Positions 31,701-39,619 of a DNA stretch of 64,000 nucleotides are shown here, one piece after another. Position 1 is the stretch's first letter; the number at the start of each line of letters is the position of its first letter. The position numbers were made by a program, and so were the translations under genes. The DNA is from Candidatus Latescibacterota bacterium (GTDB lineage: Bacteria > Latescibacterota > UBA2968 > GCA-2709665): assembly GCA_965222075.1 (NCBI GenBank), contig OZ244937.1, positions 1,216,001 through 1,280,000 of the forward strand. The letters are read 5' to 3'. Under the pieces are notes generated by a model. That model worked only from the letters and a program-made list of their open reading frames with translations. It did not search any database and had not been told where the DNA came from.

Positions 31701-33438
31701 GGATTTTGAGATCTGGCCGCCGTTCGCCATCACCGTGCTTGGAGGGCTTTCGGTCTCGATGCTCTCAACGCTGATCTTTATCCCGGTGGTCTATATGGGG
31801 CTGGATCAGGTCGTGCGGTGGCTTGTGGAGACCGGGGTGCCCGGCGTGGTGCTGGGCACGCTGGTTGGAGGGGCGGCAACATATGGCGTTTACACCCGGT
31901 ACGACAGCCTGTTCTGGACGTGCCTGGTGGCGCTTCCTTTCTGGTTCGCCGCCCTGGGGCTGGTCTGGGCAGGGCTCAGGGTGCACCGCGCACGGGTGGA
32001 GGCCCGCGGGCGGCTGGGCGCGGTTCGTTTGATTCAACTTAGAAATCTGACAAAGATCTACGGCGCCCCGGGCCGCTTCAGACGGGAATGGGCGCGGTAT
32101 ATTCGGCGTGTGCAGCGGCTGCAGGCCGAAGGGGCAGACCCGGTTGACCGGAAGGCGGTCAAAGAGGGCCTGGTGTGGAAGCTGCCGCTGCTGGGGCTGA
32201 TCGGGTACCTCCATACCTATTTTGAGGAGGGAATGTGGATCTACATCCATTCCCTGGTCACCTGGGGGATGCTGGCTCACCTGGCGCAGGCGGGGGCGGT
32301 TCTCCGGCCGTTTGAGGTCCGGCTGCCCGGGTGGATACGACGGGCGGGGAGGGGGGGGGTGCGCAATCTTCTGCCGGCCCTCTTTCTGGGCTATATCCAC
32401 TGGCGCTTGCGCCTGCCGTCGGTGACCGTGGCGTCTGCGGCGGTCTGGCTGGTCCTCCGTCTGGTCCGTTTTCTGGCCGGGCGGGTGCGGGACGGACGGG
32501 TGGATGTGGAGAAGATCACCGGGCGGCTGGGCTTTCTGAGGCGCTGGACCTACCGCGGAGCCTGCGCACTGCCCCTCATCGGGGTGCCCAGGCCGGCGTT
32601 CCGGGCCCTCTCGGGCGTGGACCTGGAGATCGGCCGGGGGATGTTCGGGCTTCTGGGCCCCAACGGGGCGGGGAAGACCACCCTGATGCGGATCGTCTGT
32701 CAGGTGCTGGAGCCGAGTTATGGATCGGTGAGCATCGACGGCCGCAATGTGCTGCGGGAGGGACGCATCCAGGGCCTGGTCGGGTACCTGCCCCAGCATT
32801 TTGGGCACTACAACCACCTTTCGGCCTATGCGTTCTTAGAATACCGTGCGCTTCTGGAAGGGCTTCGAGATGGGGCCGAACGGCGTGCCCGGGTGCTGGC
32901 GTGCTTAGAGCAGGTCAACCTCACAGACCGGAAGGAAGACCCGATCGGGTCCTTTTCGGGAGGGATGAAGCAGCGGGTGGGCATTGCGCAGACCCTGCTG
33001 CACATGCCCCGGATTATTGTAGTGGACGAGCCGACCGCCGGGCTCGACCCGTTAGAGCGCATCCGGTTTCGCAACCTTTTGGCCCGGGTGAGCCAGGACC
33101 GGATTGTGATCTTCTCCACCCATATCGTAGAGGATATTTCGGGCAGTTGCAACCGGCTGGCGGTCCTCAACGCCGGGCGCCTGCTGTATACCGGCACTCC
33201 CCAGTCCATGCGCGACCTGGCCCGGGGACGGGTGTGGGAAGCGGTGATTGCGGAGGGTGCCTTCTTGCAGGTTGAACGGGAGCTGAACCTGATTTCGCAC
33301 GTGCGGACGCCGTCCGGGGTGCGGGCAAGGTTCCTCTCAGAGGCCCCTTCCCGGGACTTCCACGCCCAGCAGGTTGATCCAACGCTTGAGGATGCCTATC
33401 TCTATCTCCTCAGGCAGGAGAGGGGCACCCCATGTTGA
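28726..33438 (+). CDS. RND (AcrB-family) permease fused to extra TM helices and a C-terminal ABC ATPase
   Basis: Full AcrB motifs (RRPVTT, GMLTDNGIVVMESI, RVRPILMT) followed by [26 protein letters not shown] and PTLEDAY in one uninterrupted 1570 aa ORF. Confidence 0.92.
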   Translation: MTLSHVAVRRPVTTAMFFTALALLGMISWTRLPVQLFPEVIYPMVHVSLTLPGASPEQIERDLLVPTEGEIGKLEGIQDIDSFALTNSGGIQVSYDPDVDMKFAILQLESRISQLQPLYPERARARVQRFDSSDLSSSVMQLHVLGEGDLNWLRDFTEEKVRPELEAVDGVVNAAVMGGRRRAVEVIVDPTLCQAYQVTMGQIRSRINGFNRRREYVGRVYDGAQAYAVSLQGQFTDLQQIRNLVLKPEIPLRLGDVAVVRYGLQEQTDRHRVNGKSSVGIRIQKDDEANLIAVSRDVEAVVARLNLEFADEGVELGVSSSQAELMEEALSTLKQAAVVGGGLGLFVLFLFLRNFRFVSVLLLAIPVSLLVTFNLMYAWGLSINVLSLCGLALAVGMLTDNGIVVMESIFKHYERGKSPMDAARDGTTEVGRAVVAATATTVTVFLPVVFIQSDAQDILRELALSMTFPLLVSLLVALTLVPTLAARTLSRQTRRPAGTGRLMERYTLLLKACLRHRVAVVVGVCAAMGGTLIVSFFFMLQQEVREEETRFTVYIDLPEGTTLDATDEVVKQVETAVGEIEGLDRFTTSVQESEASITVMLHHRLERPGEISLEEIKQQLEEKTQNIQGGVIGYEPKPRARRGGGRGGIGRRRRSGGFNLTGSAPSEQAVVRGYDFITLQMVADDLVFRLQELEEIDENSVRADAERGAPEIQVIPDDARMFDRRLEIEAVLAGVGDARPDGFQTTVPFLWPDATEVPIEVRNTEDPQNASITLAEFRQMPLPTQTGDFVPLEEVARVRTDEGRGSVLRTDQSRRVMVSYRFTGEILDSQPRLDQARRLVRTLVSDMVLPQSYTVEIEEAEADTIYYWMMGVAGVLIYMILASLFESFSSPLIILCTLPSAVIGSCWALILSQTGLSQQEGPMALLGFIVLIGIAVNNGILLIDAVGTLRSRDGYRRERAVLEAGRSRVRPILMTSATTLLGVMPLALKFGGDFEIWPPFAITVLGGLSVSMLSTLIFIPVVYMGLDQVVRWLVETGVPGVVLGTLVGGAATYGVYTRYDSLFWTCLVALPFWFAALGLVWAGLRVHRARVEARGRLGAVRLIQLRNLTKIYGAPGRFRREWARYIRRVQRLQAEGADPVDRKAVKEGLVWKLPLLGLIGYLHTYFEEGMWIYIHSLVTWGMLAHLAQAGAVLRPFEVRLPGWIRRAGRGGVRNLLPALFLGYIHWRLRLPSVTVASAAVWLVLRLVRFLAGRVRDGRVDVEKITGRLGFLRRWTYRGACALPLIGVPRPAFRALSGVDLEIGRGMFGLLGPNGAGKTTLMRIVCQVLEPSYGSVSIDGRNVLREGRIQGLVGYLPQHFGHYNHLSAYAFLEYRALLEGLRDGAERRARVLACLEQVNLTDRKEDPIGSFSGGMKQRVGIAQTLLHMPRIIVVDEPTAGLDPLERIRFRNLLARVSQDRIVIFSTHIVEDISGSCNRLAVLNAGRLLYTGTPQSMRDLARGRVWEAVIAEGAFLQVERELNLISHVRTPSGVRARFLSEAPSRDFHAQQVDPTLEDAYLYLLRQERGTPC

Positions 33439-34151
33439 CCTGGCGCGATCTAACGTGGAGCGCCTGGAGGCTTTCCCGGCTCAGCTTTCAGATCGTGTTC
33501 CACCGGAAGCTCCTCTTTATGGGGGGAGGCATCCTGGCCTATTACGCGATTCTTTACGCCCTGGCCGTCTTTCGCCCCGGAGAGGGGTTCAGTGCGATTC
33601 AGGCGCTGCACATTCTGGTTGAGGCCCCCGGCACCGTGCTTGCGATTTATCTCACCATGGATCTGGTGGCGGGGGAGCGGGACCGGGATACCCTGGAGGT
33701 GCTGTTCAGCACCTCTGCTTCGCACTATAAAATCTGGATGGTCCGCATGCTGTCCATCTATGTGGTGCTTGGGGCATCGCTGGTGGCGATGAGCACCCTC
33801 TGCTATTTCCTGTTTGCCGAATTCCTCGTTGTGGAGGGGGCGCTGAATGCCTTCCTGCCTGCGTTCCTGGTGGCCAATCTGACGTTCTTTTTTTCTGTCA
33901 CTTTCCGCAGCGGCAATGCCGCCGGGATGCTCTCGCTGGGGTTTTTGATTCTGATCTTGCTGGCTTCCGGCCCCCTGAGAGACACCCCGTATTTCCTTTT
34001 TCTCAACCCGTCCGATCCTCCCATAGGCGTAGACGATACGCTCTGGGAGGACCAGGTGCTGGTCAATCGCGCGGGCGTTGCCGCCCTGGGCTGTGTGCTG
34101 CTTTTCCTGGCGTTGCGCCGGATGGAAGGGAGGGAGCGGCTGTTGTCGTAA
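33432..34151 (+). CDS. ABC-2 type permease
   Basis: About 6 hydrophobic segments; GERDRDTLEVLFS EAA-like loop. Confidence 0.85.
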   Translation: MLTWRDLTWSAWRLSRLSFQIVFHRKLLFMGGGILAYYAILYALAVFRPGEGFSAIQALHILVEAPGTVLAIYLTMDLVAGERDRDTLEVLFSTSASHYKIWMVRMLSIYVVLGASLVAMSTLCYFLFAEFLVVEGALNAFLPAFLVANLTFFFSVTFRSGNAAGMLSLGFLILILLASGPLRDTPYFLFLNPSDPPIGVDDTLWEDQVLVNRAGVAALGCVLLFLALRRMEGRERLLS

Positions 34152-35274
34152 CACGTCTTATATACCCATCTCCCGGCCTTTGGACCGTCCCCCAGATTCC
34201 CGGAATCTTCCGGCCGCAATCGGGGCAGGAGCCGCTGTCTCCAATCCGTACTTGAAGGATGCGGAAGCCGAAGCGTTCAACCAGTAGCGCGCCACAGCCG
34301 GGACAGGTGGTATTTTCAAAATCTCCCACCTGTCCGGGAAGGTTGCCGGCGTAAACATAATGGAGACCGGCTTCTTTGCCGATCTCGGCCGCCCGAAGCA
34401 GGGTCCTGGCCGATGTGTTGGCAGGATCGGTCATCTTGTAGTCCTTGTGGAAGGCCGTGACGTGCCAGGGGATGTCCAGGGAAATGGAGGCGAGAAACTC
34501 GGCTGCGTCCCGCATTTCCTCCTCCGATGTGTTCCAGTCCGGCACCAGAAGGGTCACGATCTCCATCCAGAACCCTCGCTTGTATACCATCCGGACCGTG
34601 TCCAGGATGTTTTGGAGTACCCCCCCCAGTTTCCGATAGTTGCGGTCTGACATGGTCTTCAGGTCGATTTTATAACAATCGGTCCAGGGCCTGAGGTAGT
34701 CCAAAACTTCCGGCGTGGCGTTGCCGTTGGAGACAAAGGCCGTCTTTAGCCCTTCGGACCTGGCCAGCCGGAAGACCTCCAGGGCCCATTCGGAGGTGAT
34801 CAGGGGCTCGTTGTAAGAACTGCCCACCATCATCGCCCCCAGCTCTTTGCCTGTGGCAATCAGTTGTTCGGGAGAGATTTCGCGGGGACGGACGTCGGCC
34901 GCAGGGTCGCGTAAGGCCTGAGAAGTCAACCAGTTTTGACAGTAGGAACAATGCAGATCACATCCCAACATCCCAAAAGTCAACGTGTTAGACCCGGGAT
35001 AGACGTGAAAGAAGGGCTTCTTCTCCGTTGGGTCGCACTGGAGCCCGCCCACATACCCCCAGGGCACACGCAGTTTCCCCTCCTGATTAAACCGCACCTT
35101 GCAGATGCCCTGTCTCCCCTCCGGAATCCGGCAGCGGTGTCCGCACGCATAACAGCGGATCCGATTGCCCTCCAGGTGCTCCCACAGTTCGCCTTCCACG
35201 GCTTCTGCGGTCAGCCCGTTTAATACCTCGGCCAGGGTGGGTTTGGACACCAGGGGTAAACCCAGAGGTTTCAT
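34063..35274 (-). CDS. amrS: AmmeMemoRadiSam system radical SAM enzyme
   Basis: CYACGHRC..GICKVR N-terminal motif, DPTEKKPFFH, CDLHCSYC (CxxxCxxC), YNEP, PWHVTAFH, YVYAGN and C-terminal CxxC...CxxC...GIW. Confidence 0.9.
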   Translation of the reverse strand: MKPLGLPLVSKPTLAEVLNGLTAEAVEGELWEHLEGNRIRCYACGHRCRIPEGRQGICKVRFNQEGKLRVPWGYVGGLQCDPTEKKPFFHVYPGSNTLTFGMLGCDLHCSYCQNWLTSQALRDPAADVRPREISPEQLIATGKELGAMMVGSSYNEPLITSEWALEVFRLARSEGLKTAFVSNGNATPEVLDYLRPWTDCYKIDLKTMSDRNYRKLGGVLQNILDTVRMVYKRGFWMEIVTLLVPDWNTSEEEMRDAAEFLASISLDIPWHVTAFHKDYKMTDPANTSARTLLRAAEIGKEAGLHYVYAGNLPGQVGDFENTTCPGCGALLVERFGFRILQVRIGDSGSCPDCGRKIPGIWGTVQRPGDGYIRRVTTTAAPSLPSGATPGKAAHSPGRQRPRD

Positions 35275-35295
35275 CGGCGTTTCCACCTCATAAAA

Positions 35296-38200
35296 TTAAT
35301 GTGATCCATGTTCAAAATAACTTAACCCCCCTCCCGCCGTGCTGCATACGACCCCCTCACCGCAGGGCCATAAGCCACGAACAGCTCCTTTTGCGGTGGT
35401 AGACCCAACGCACTCGCCCTGTAGATCGTAAACCAGAAGATCGCCATTTTCAGCAGCGATGACACTGTGTTCTCCTACTGGAACGATGGCACGAATCCAT
35501 TCTGCCGCCTGCGCCTGCCAGAGCACCTCTCCCCGACGGCCAAAACCGTAGAGCCTGCCGTACTCATTGGCACCAATCAGGATGTCCGGAAAAACGGCCA
35601 GTCCCTTGACTTCGCCAACGATGTTGATGTGCCAGACCTCGGTCCCATCCTGTGGCTTCACCGCATAAATCCAGCCGTCCGCCGTGCCGTAGATAATCTC
35701 CCGGACACCGTCATCATCTACATCGCACAGCTGCATGCAGGTCAGGCAAATCCCTCGCCTGGGGGTAGTCGCATTGCCTTCCGAGCCCACTTCCTCAAAG
35801 GTGGACCAGCGGAAGGATCCATCGTCATTGTGCACGGTTAACGGGGTGGAATACTCGGTGCCTACCATCACTTCGGCCCTGCCGTCTCCGTCTGCATCCG
35901 CCACCGTGAGCGCCGTGATCGCATGGTAGCGGAACCAGTTGGCCCACTTAGGCGTTCCGTCGGCGGCAAAGGCGTTCACATACCAGCCCTCGGTTCCGGC
36001 CAGCACACTCAGATCGCCAGCACCTTCCAGGTCGGCCACGGCGATGTCGGACACTTTCGCTCCCCTGTGCCACATGTTCTTCAGTTCCCGGCGCCAGCGC
36101 TCTGCGCCCGTCTGCCCCTCCAGTGCAATCAGGTGAGAATCGGCCGTGCCCACCAGCGCCTCTGCCACACCATCCGAATCGATATCTGCCAGTCGAAAGC
36201 TGGTGGGATGTTCATCCAGCCGGTGCGACCAGGACGCCTTACCATCCTGAACCGCCACCTGAAAAACCTCTCCGTTCCCGGTCCCGGCCAGGAGGGTTTC
36301 ACCGAAGACATCCACAGCGCTGATTTCTGCGCCGGCCTGGCGGTCCCACCTCTGGTGAAAGCCCCCCTCCGGCCGTGGCGCGGACGGAATGCTGTAAGAT
36401 GCCGGTTTTGGAATAGCAGCCTGTATCGCTTCCCCCAATCGCCGAGCAGTGGTGTTAGACGCTGCATCAAGCGTTTGAACCCCGCCTTTGACGTCCTCTC
36501 CGTCTATGCGATCAAGCCCCTGAACGGTCAGTTTATCTCCAGAAAGGCAGACTACGAACACCGACGCTTCGATCTCCAGGTCTCCCAGACGAGCGTTGCC
36601 GACCCCCAGAACAGTCTGCGCTGCGCCGTCGGTGACCTTGACCATCAGATCGGTCAGACGTTCTATCTTTACATCTGCATGCGGGGTCAGCAGATTCACA
36701 AAGGTTATGTCCTCTCCATTTTGCAGCATCCCGCCGGACTTCTGGTGCAAAATGTTGAGCACACCATCCGCGTAGGGATAGGCCGTCCAGCGGCTCTTTT
36801 CGTGGAAGTCCGGAACGACTTCCTGTGCTGTTCCGCCGGCGCTGCGAATGTAGAAGGTCTCCCCCTGCTGGTGCAGGGCGACATCCGGCCCTTTTTCTTC
36901 CACCTCTCCCACCAGACGCCAGAGACACCGGCAGCGGTAGTCGCCGGCCTGTGTGCAGTGGAGCCGGTCGATCACGACAAAATAGCGCCCTTTGCCCCAG
37001 AAGATATTCCTCAGCCAGTTCACACCGTTGTAGCCGGAGGCCTCGGTCTGGACCAGGCCGAAGGTCGGACCATCGTTCGTGTTGTTCAGCGAAGCCACAG
37101 GAGGAATGACGATCCCGTCCCCCGGGGCATCCAGAACCCCTACTCCATTTCGGGTGACCACGATGGAATTGTGGAATTTGGGGGCCGCCCGGATGTAATC
37201 TCCATCCCCCAGCCAGGCCCTGTTCTTCCAGGTCAAACGGACGATGGCGTTGCTGTCTTCGTGGCCGTGGCAGGTGCTACCAAGCCCTTCAAGCAGCAGA
37301 TACTCGTCGTGGGGGTCGAAGTTGCGACGCAGGGAAAGCTTATCGAAATAGGTCTTTTCCGGATCGGGATGGTGGGATGCAGGATGGTGATTGCGCACCC
37401 ACCCCAGCACGGGTTCGGGAAGTTCGATCGCGCAGATGCCCAGCAGGTCAACCGGTTCTTCGGGCTGGCAACCCCTGAGGCAGAAGCGTCCGCCGTTCCA
37501 CTCGACCCCGGCATAAAGGCCGGATGGTACGCGGCTCAGAGGAGGCGTCTTACCCTCGCCCAGCCAGTTGAGGGCCCACAGGTGCTTTGGGCTGCGGGTA
37601 TACCAGGTCGAAACCATCAGCGGCCAGAGCCGGCCGTCCCACCCTGTGCCCGAGAAAGCGGAATACCCCGATGTATCTCCATAATTGCCTTCGCTGCGCA
37701 TATTGTCCGCCGTCACCACTGCCAGTTTGCACAGGTCTGCGACATGGCCATTTTCAATATAGCGATAATCATCCCTATACAACAGGTAGTAAAGCGTCTC
37801 CTGCGGCACGTGCCAGGCATATCCCACCCCGGCGTCGTCATTGGGTTTGTAGCAGTCCGCCTGTCCCGCAAAGATCCGTTCGGCTGTTTCCGCCTCGGGT
37901 ACAAATTCCTGGATGCCGTAGCGTTTGACCATATAATCGTGGCCAACGGCCAGGTTCAGGCCGATGAAGGTGGTGTGATTCTGGCGGATCTCGCCGGGGG
38001 GATTGACATCCTCTTTGAGGTAGAACAGGCCGCCAAGGTGGCGAAGCAGATCACAAAGCAGGGTCACCACACCGCGCCGGTCACCGTCCGTGTACAGCGG
38101 ACTGTCCTCGATCAGGTCCCAGAGGTGGATGAAACCGTGGAGATTGAAGAAGCAGTGGTAGCTCTCCGGAGACTCCCGCCGCTGCGCCCGCCAGGGGTCA

Positions 38201-38850
38201 ATAGAACCGGTCAGGATAGACGCAATCGCACGCGTCCACACCGGATGGTCGGTCAGATAAGCGTACCAGGCGTAGTTCGGCACTTTGCCCCCACGAAACG
38301 GGGAAGAGGCCCAGCCGCCGTTCCAGGTGTCCAGGTCGGCCCGGACCAGGCGGTCCAGTTCGGATTCGTCCGGAAAAGGCGGGAGGTCGTGCGCAAAGTG
38401 TGCGGCGTGCACCCTGTCCAGCGCTCCGCCGCTGTTGCGAACAATATCTTCAAAAACGGGGAGGGCCAGAGATAAGCCCTCCTTTGTGCTGGCGCCAATC
38501 GTGATGCAGTTCACCCCGTGACCAAAGGGATCGGAAACCGATTTGATAAAATAGCCGTCGCCGCCGGGAAAGAAGGTGTCCGCAAAACAGCAGCGGGCCG
38601 TATAAAGCCGGCACAGCGCGGCGTTGCTGGCCATATTGCCACAGGCGATAACCTGCGCATCCCGGAAGAGATCCCGGGTAAAATCCTTCTGAGAAAGGAT
38701 ATCCGGCGCTTTCCCCTGCCGGGCAATCACACGCTGAAGGCTCAGGACAGACGGGGCGTCGGCCATACCGTCCGGGACCACCAGAACGGTATGGGCGGAA
38801 AGGTTGGTGGGAGGAAAGTGGCGGGATCGCTTAAAGACAGGCTCTGCCAT
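35296..38850 (-). CDS. large hypothetical protein with a heparinase II/III-like middle region and a C-terminal FG-GAP/PQQ-like beta-propeller
   Basis: HGHEDSNAI and HNSIVV motifs as in heparinase II/III C-domains; repeated ADIDSDG/ADLEGAG/ADADGDG/DVDDDG loops. Confidence 0.7.
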   Translation of the reverse strand: MAEPVFKRSRHFPPTNLSAHTVLVVPDGMADAPSVLSLQRVIARQGKAPDILSQKDFTRDLFRDAQVIACGNMASNAALCRLYTARCCFADTFFPGGDGYFIKSVSDPFGHGVNCITIGASTKEGLSLALPVFEDIVRNSGGALDRVHAAHFAHDLPPFPDESELDRLVRADLDTWNGGWASSPFRGGKVPNYAWYAYLTDHPVWTRAIASILTGSIDPWRAQRRESPESYHCFFNLHGFIHLWDLIEDSPLYTDGDRRGVVTLLCDLLRHLGGLFYLKEDVNPPGEIRQNHTTFIGLNLAVGHDYMVKRYGIQEFVPEAETAERIFAGQADCYKPNDDAGVGYAWHVPQETLYYLLYRDDYRYIENGHVADLCKLAVVTADNMRSEGNYGDTSGYSAFSGTGWDGRLWPLMVSTWYTRSPKHLWALNWLGEGKTPPLSRVPSGLYAGVEWNGGRFCLRGCQPEEPVDLLGICAIELPEPVLGWVRNHHPASHHPDPEKTYFDKLSLRRNFDPHDEYLLLEGLGSTCHGHEDSNAIVRLTWKNRAWLGDGDYIRAAPKFHNSIVVTRNGVGVLDAPGDGIVIPPVASLNNTNDGPTFGLVQTEASGYNGVNWLRNIFWGKGRYFVVIDRLHCTQAGDYRCRCLWRLVGEVEEKGPDVALHQQGETFYIRSAGGTAQEVVPDFHEKSRWTAYPYADGVLNILHQKSGGMLQNGEDITFVNLLTPHADVKIERLTDLMVKVTDGAAQTVLGVGNARLGDLEIEASVFVVCLSGDKLTVQGLDRIDGEDVKGGVQTLDAASNTTARRLGEAIQAAIPKPASYSIPSAPRPEGGFHQRWDRQAGAEISAVDVFGETLLAGTGNGEVFQVAVQDGKASWSHRLDEHPTSFRLADIDSDGVAEALVGTADSHLIALEGQTGAERWRRELKNMWHRGAKVSDIAVADLEGAGDLSVLAGTEGWYVNAFAADGTPKWANWFRYHAITALTVADADGDGRAEVMVGTEYSTPLTVHNDDGSFRWSTFEEVGSEGNATTPRRGICLTCMQLCDVDDDGVREIIYGTADGWIYAVKPQDGTEVWHINIVGEVKGLAVFPDILIGANEYGRLYGFGRRGEVLWQAQAAEWIRAIVPVGEHSVIAAENGDLLVYDLQGECVGSTTAKGAVRGLWPCGEGVVCSTAGGGLSYFEHGSH

Positions 38851-38852
38851 GC

Positions 38853-39533
38853 TCAGTTCATCACCCCCATCTGTCGGAGTTCGGCCTTTGCGCTACGCAC
38901 GATGCTGCTCTTGGGGTAATCCTTCAGGATCCGCTGCAACGCACCCTGCGCTTTTTCCGGATTACCGGCGCCTGCGTAACACCGCGAAGCCTCTTTCAGA
39001 ACGATTGGCGCAAATGGTGATGCCCTGTATTGGTCTGCATATGCAACATATTTCTCTGCGGCTTCCACATAGCTGCCCTGCTCTTCCAGGCAGGCGGCAA
39101 TGCCTATCCAGGCGGCGTATCCGGCAGGCCCCTCATCCCCGTAGGTGCTCAAATACCCCTGGTAAGTGGTCTGCGCCTCCGCATAGCGCCCCAGGTCATA
39201 GTACAGCCCCCCCAGCAGCAGCAGCACCTGCTCGGCAGCCGGTTTCCCGCTGTATTCCTCTGCAACCCGCTCTGCCTGAAAAACGGCGTCTTCGACCTTT
39301 CCTTGATGAAGGGCAATCCGGACATCCCCCAGGGCGTCTATGGAGGCCTGTGTCTGTTGATCCGATTGACTTTTTATAAACATACCAGCAAGGACAGCAA
39401 CCACGATTGCGCCCAGTCCCGCCAGGAATTTGGGATAATTCTTCTCTATATACCCCCAGGCCTGTAACGCCCGGGTCACCAGTTCGTCCTCTTTGAGGTC
39501 CTTTTTGGTCAGCCGTCCATGCGCCCTCTGCAT
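38853..39533 (-). CDS. membrane-anchored TPR protein (YfgM-like)
   Basis: KKDLKEDE N-terminus, one TM helix, TPR repeats ending in YPKS. Confidence 0.85.
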   Translation of the reverse strand: MQRAHGRLTKKDLKEDELVTRALQAWGYIEKNYPKFLAGLGAIVVAVLAGMFIKSQSDQQTQASIDALGDVRIALHQGKVEDAVFQAERVAEEYSGKPAAEQVLLLLGGLYYDLGRYAEAQTTYQGYLSTYGDEGPAGYAAWIGIAACLEEQGSYVEAAEKYVAYADQYRASPFAPIVLKEASRCYAGAGNPEKAQGALQRILKDYPKSSIVRSAKAELRQMGVMN

Positions 39534-39619
39534 CTTCTCTCCTCCTTAGAAGCTGTGGATGAGGAGTTACCCCATCTGTTAGAAGTCTCCCCGCTTTTAT
39601 TGTGCGAGTTACGGGTTTC

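Noticed and set aside
35923-38475. 850 aa plus-strand ORF, and similar long shadows at 20994-22643, 28945-30534 and 40955-42142
   Set aside because: Antisense to well-supported genes; long stop-free reverse frames are expected at high GC3; no recognisable motifs.
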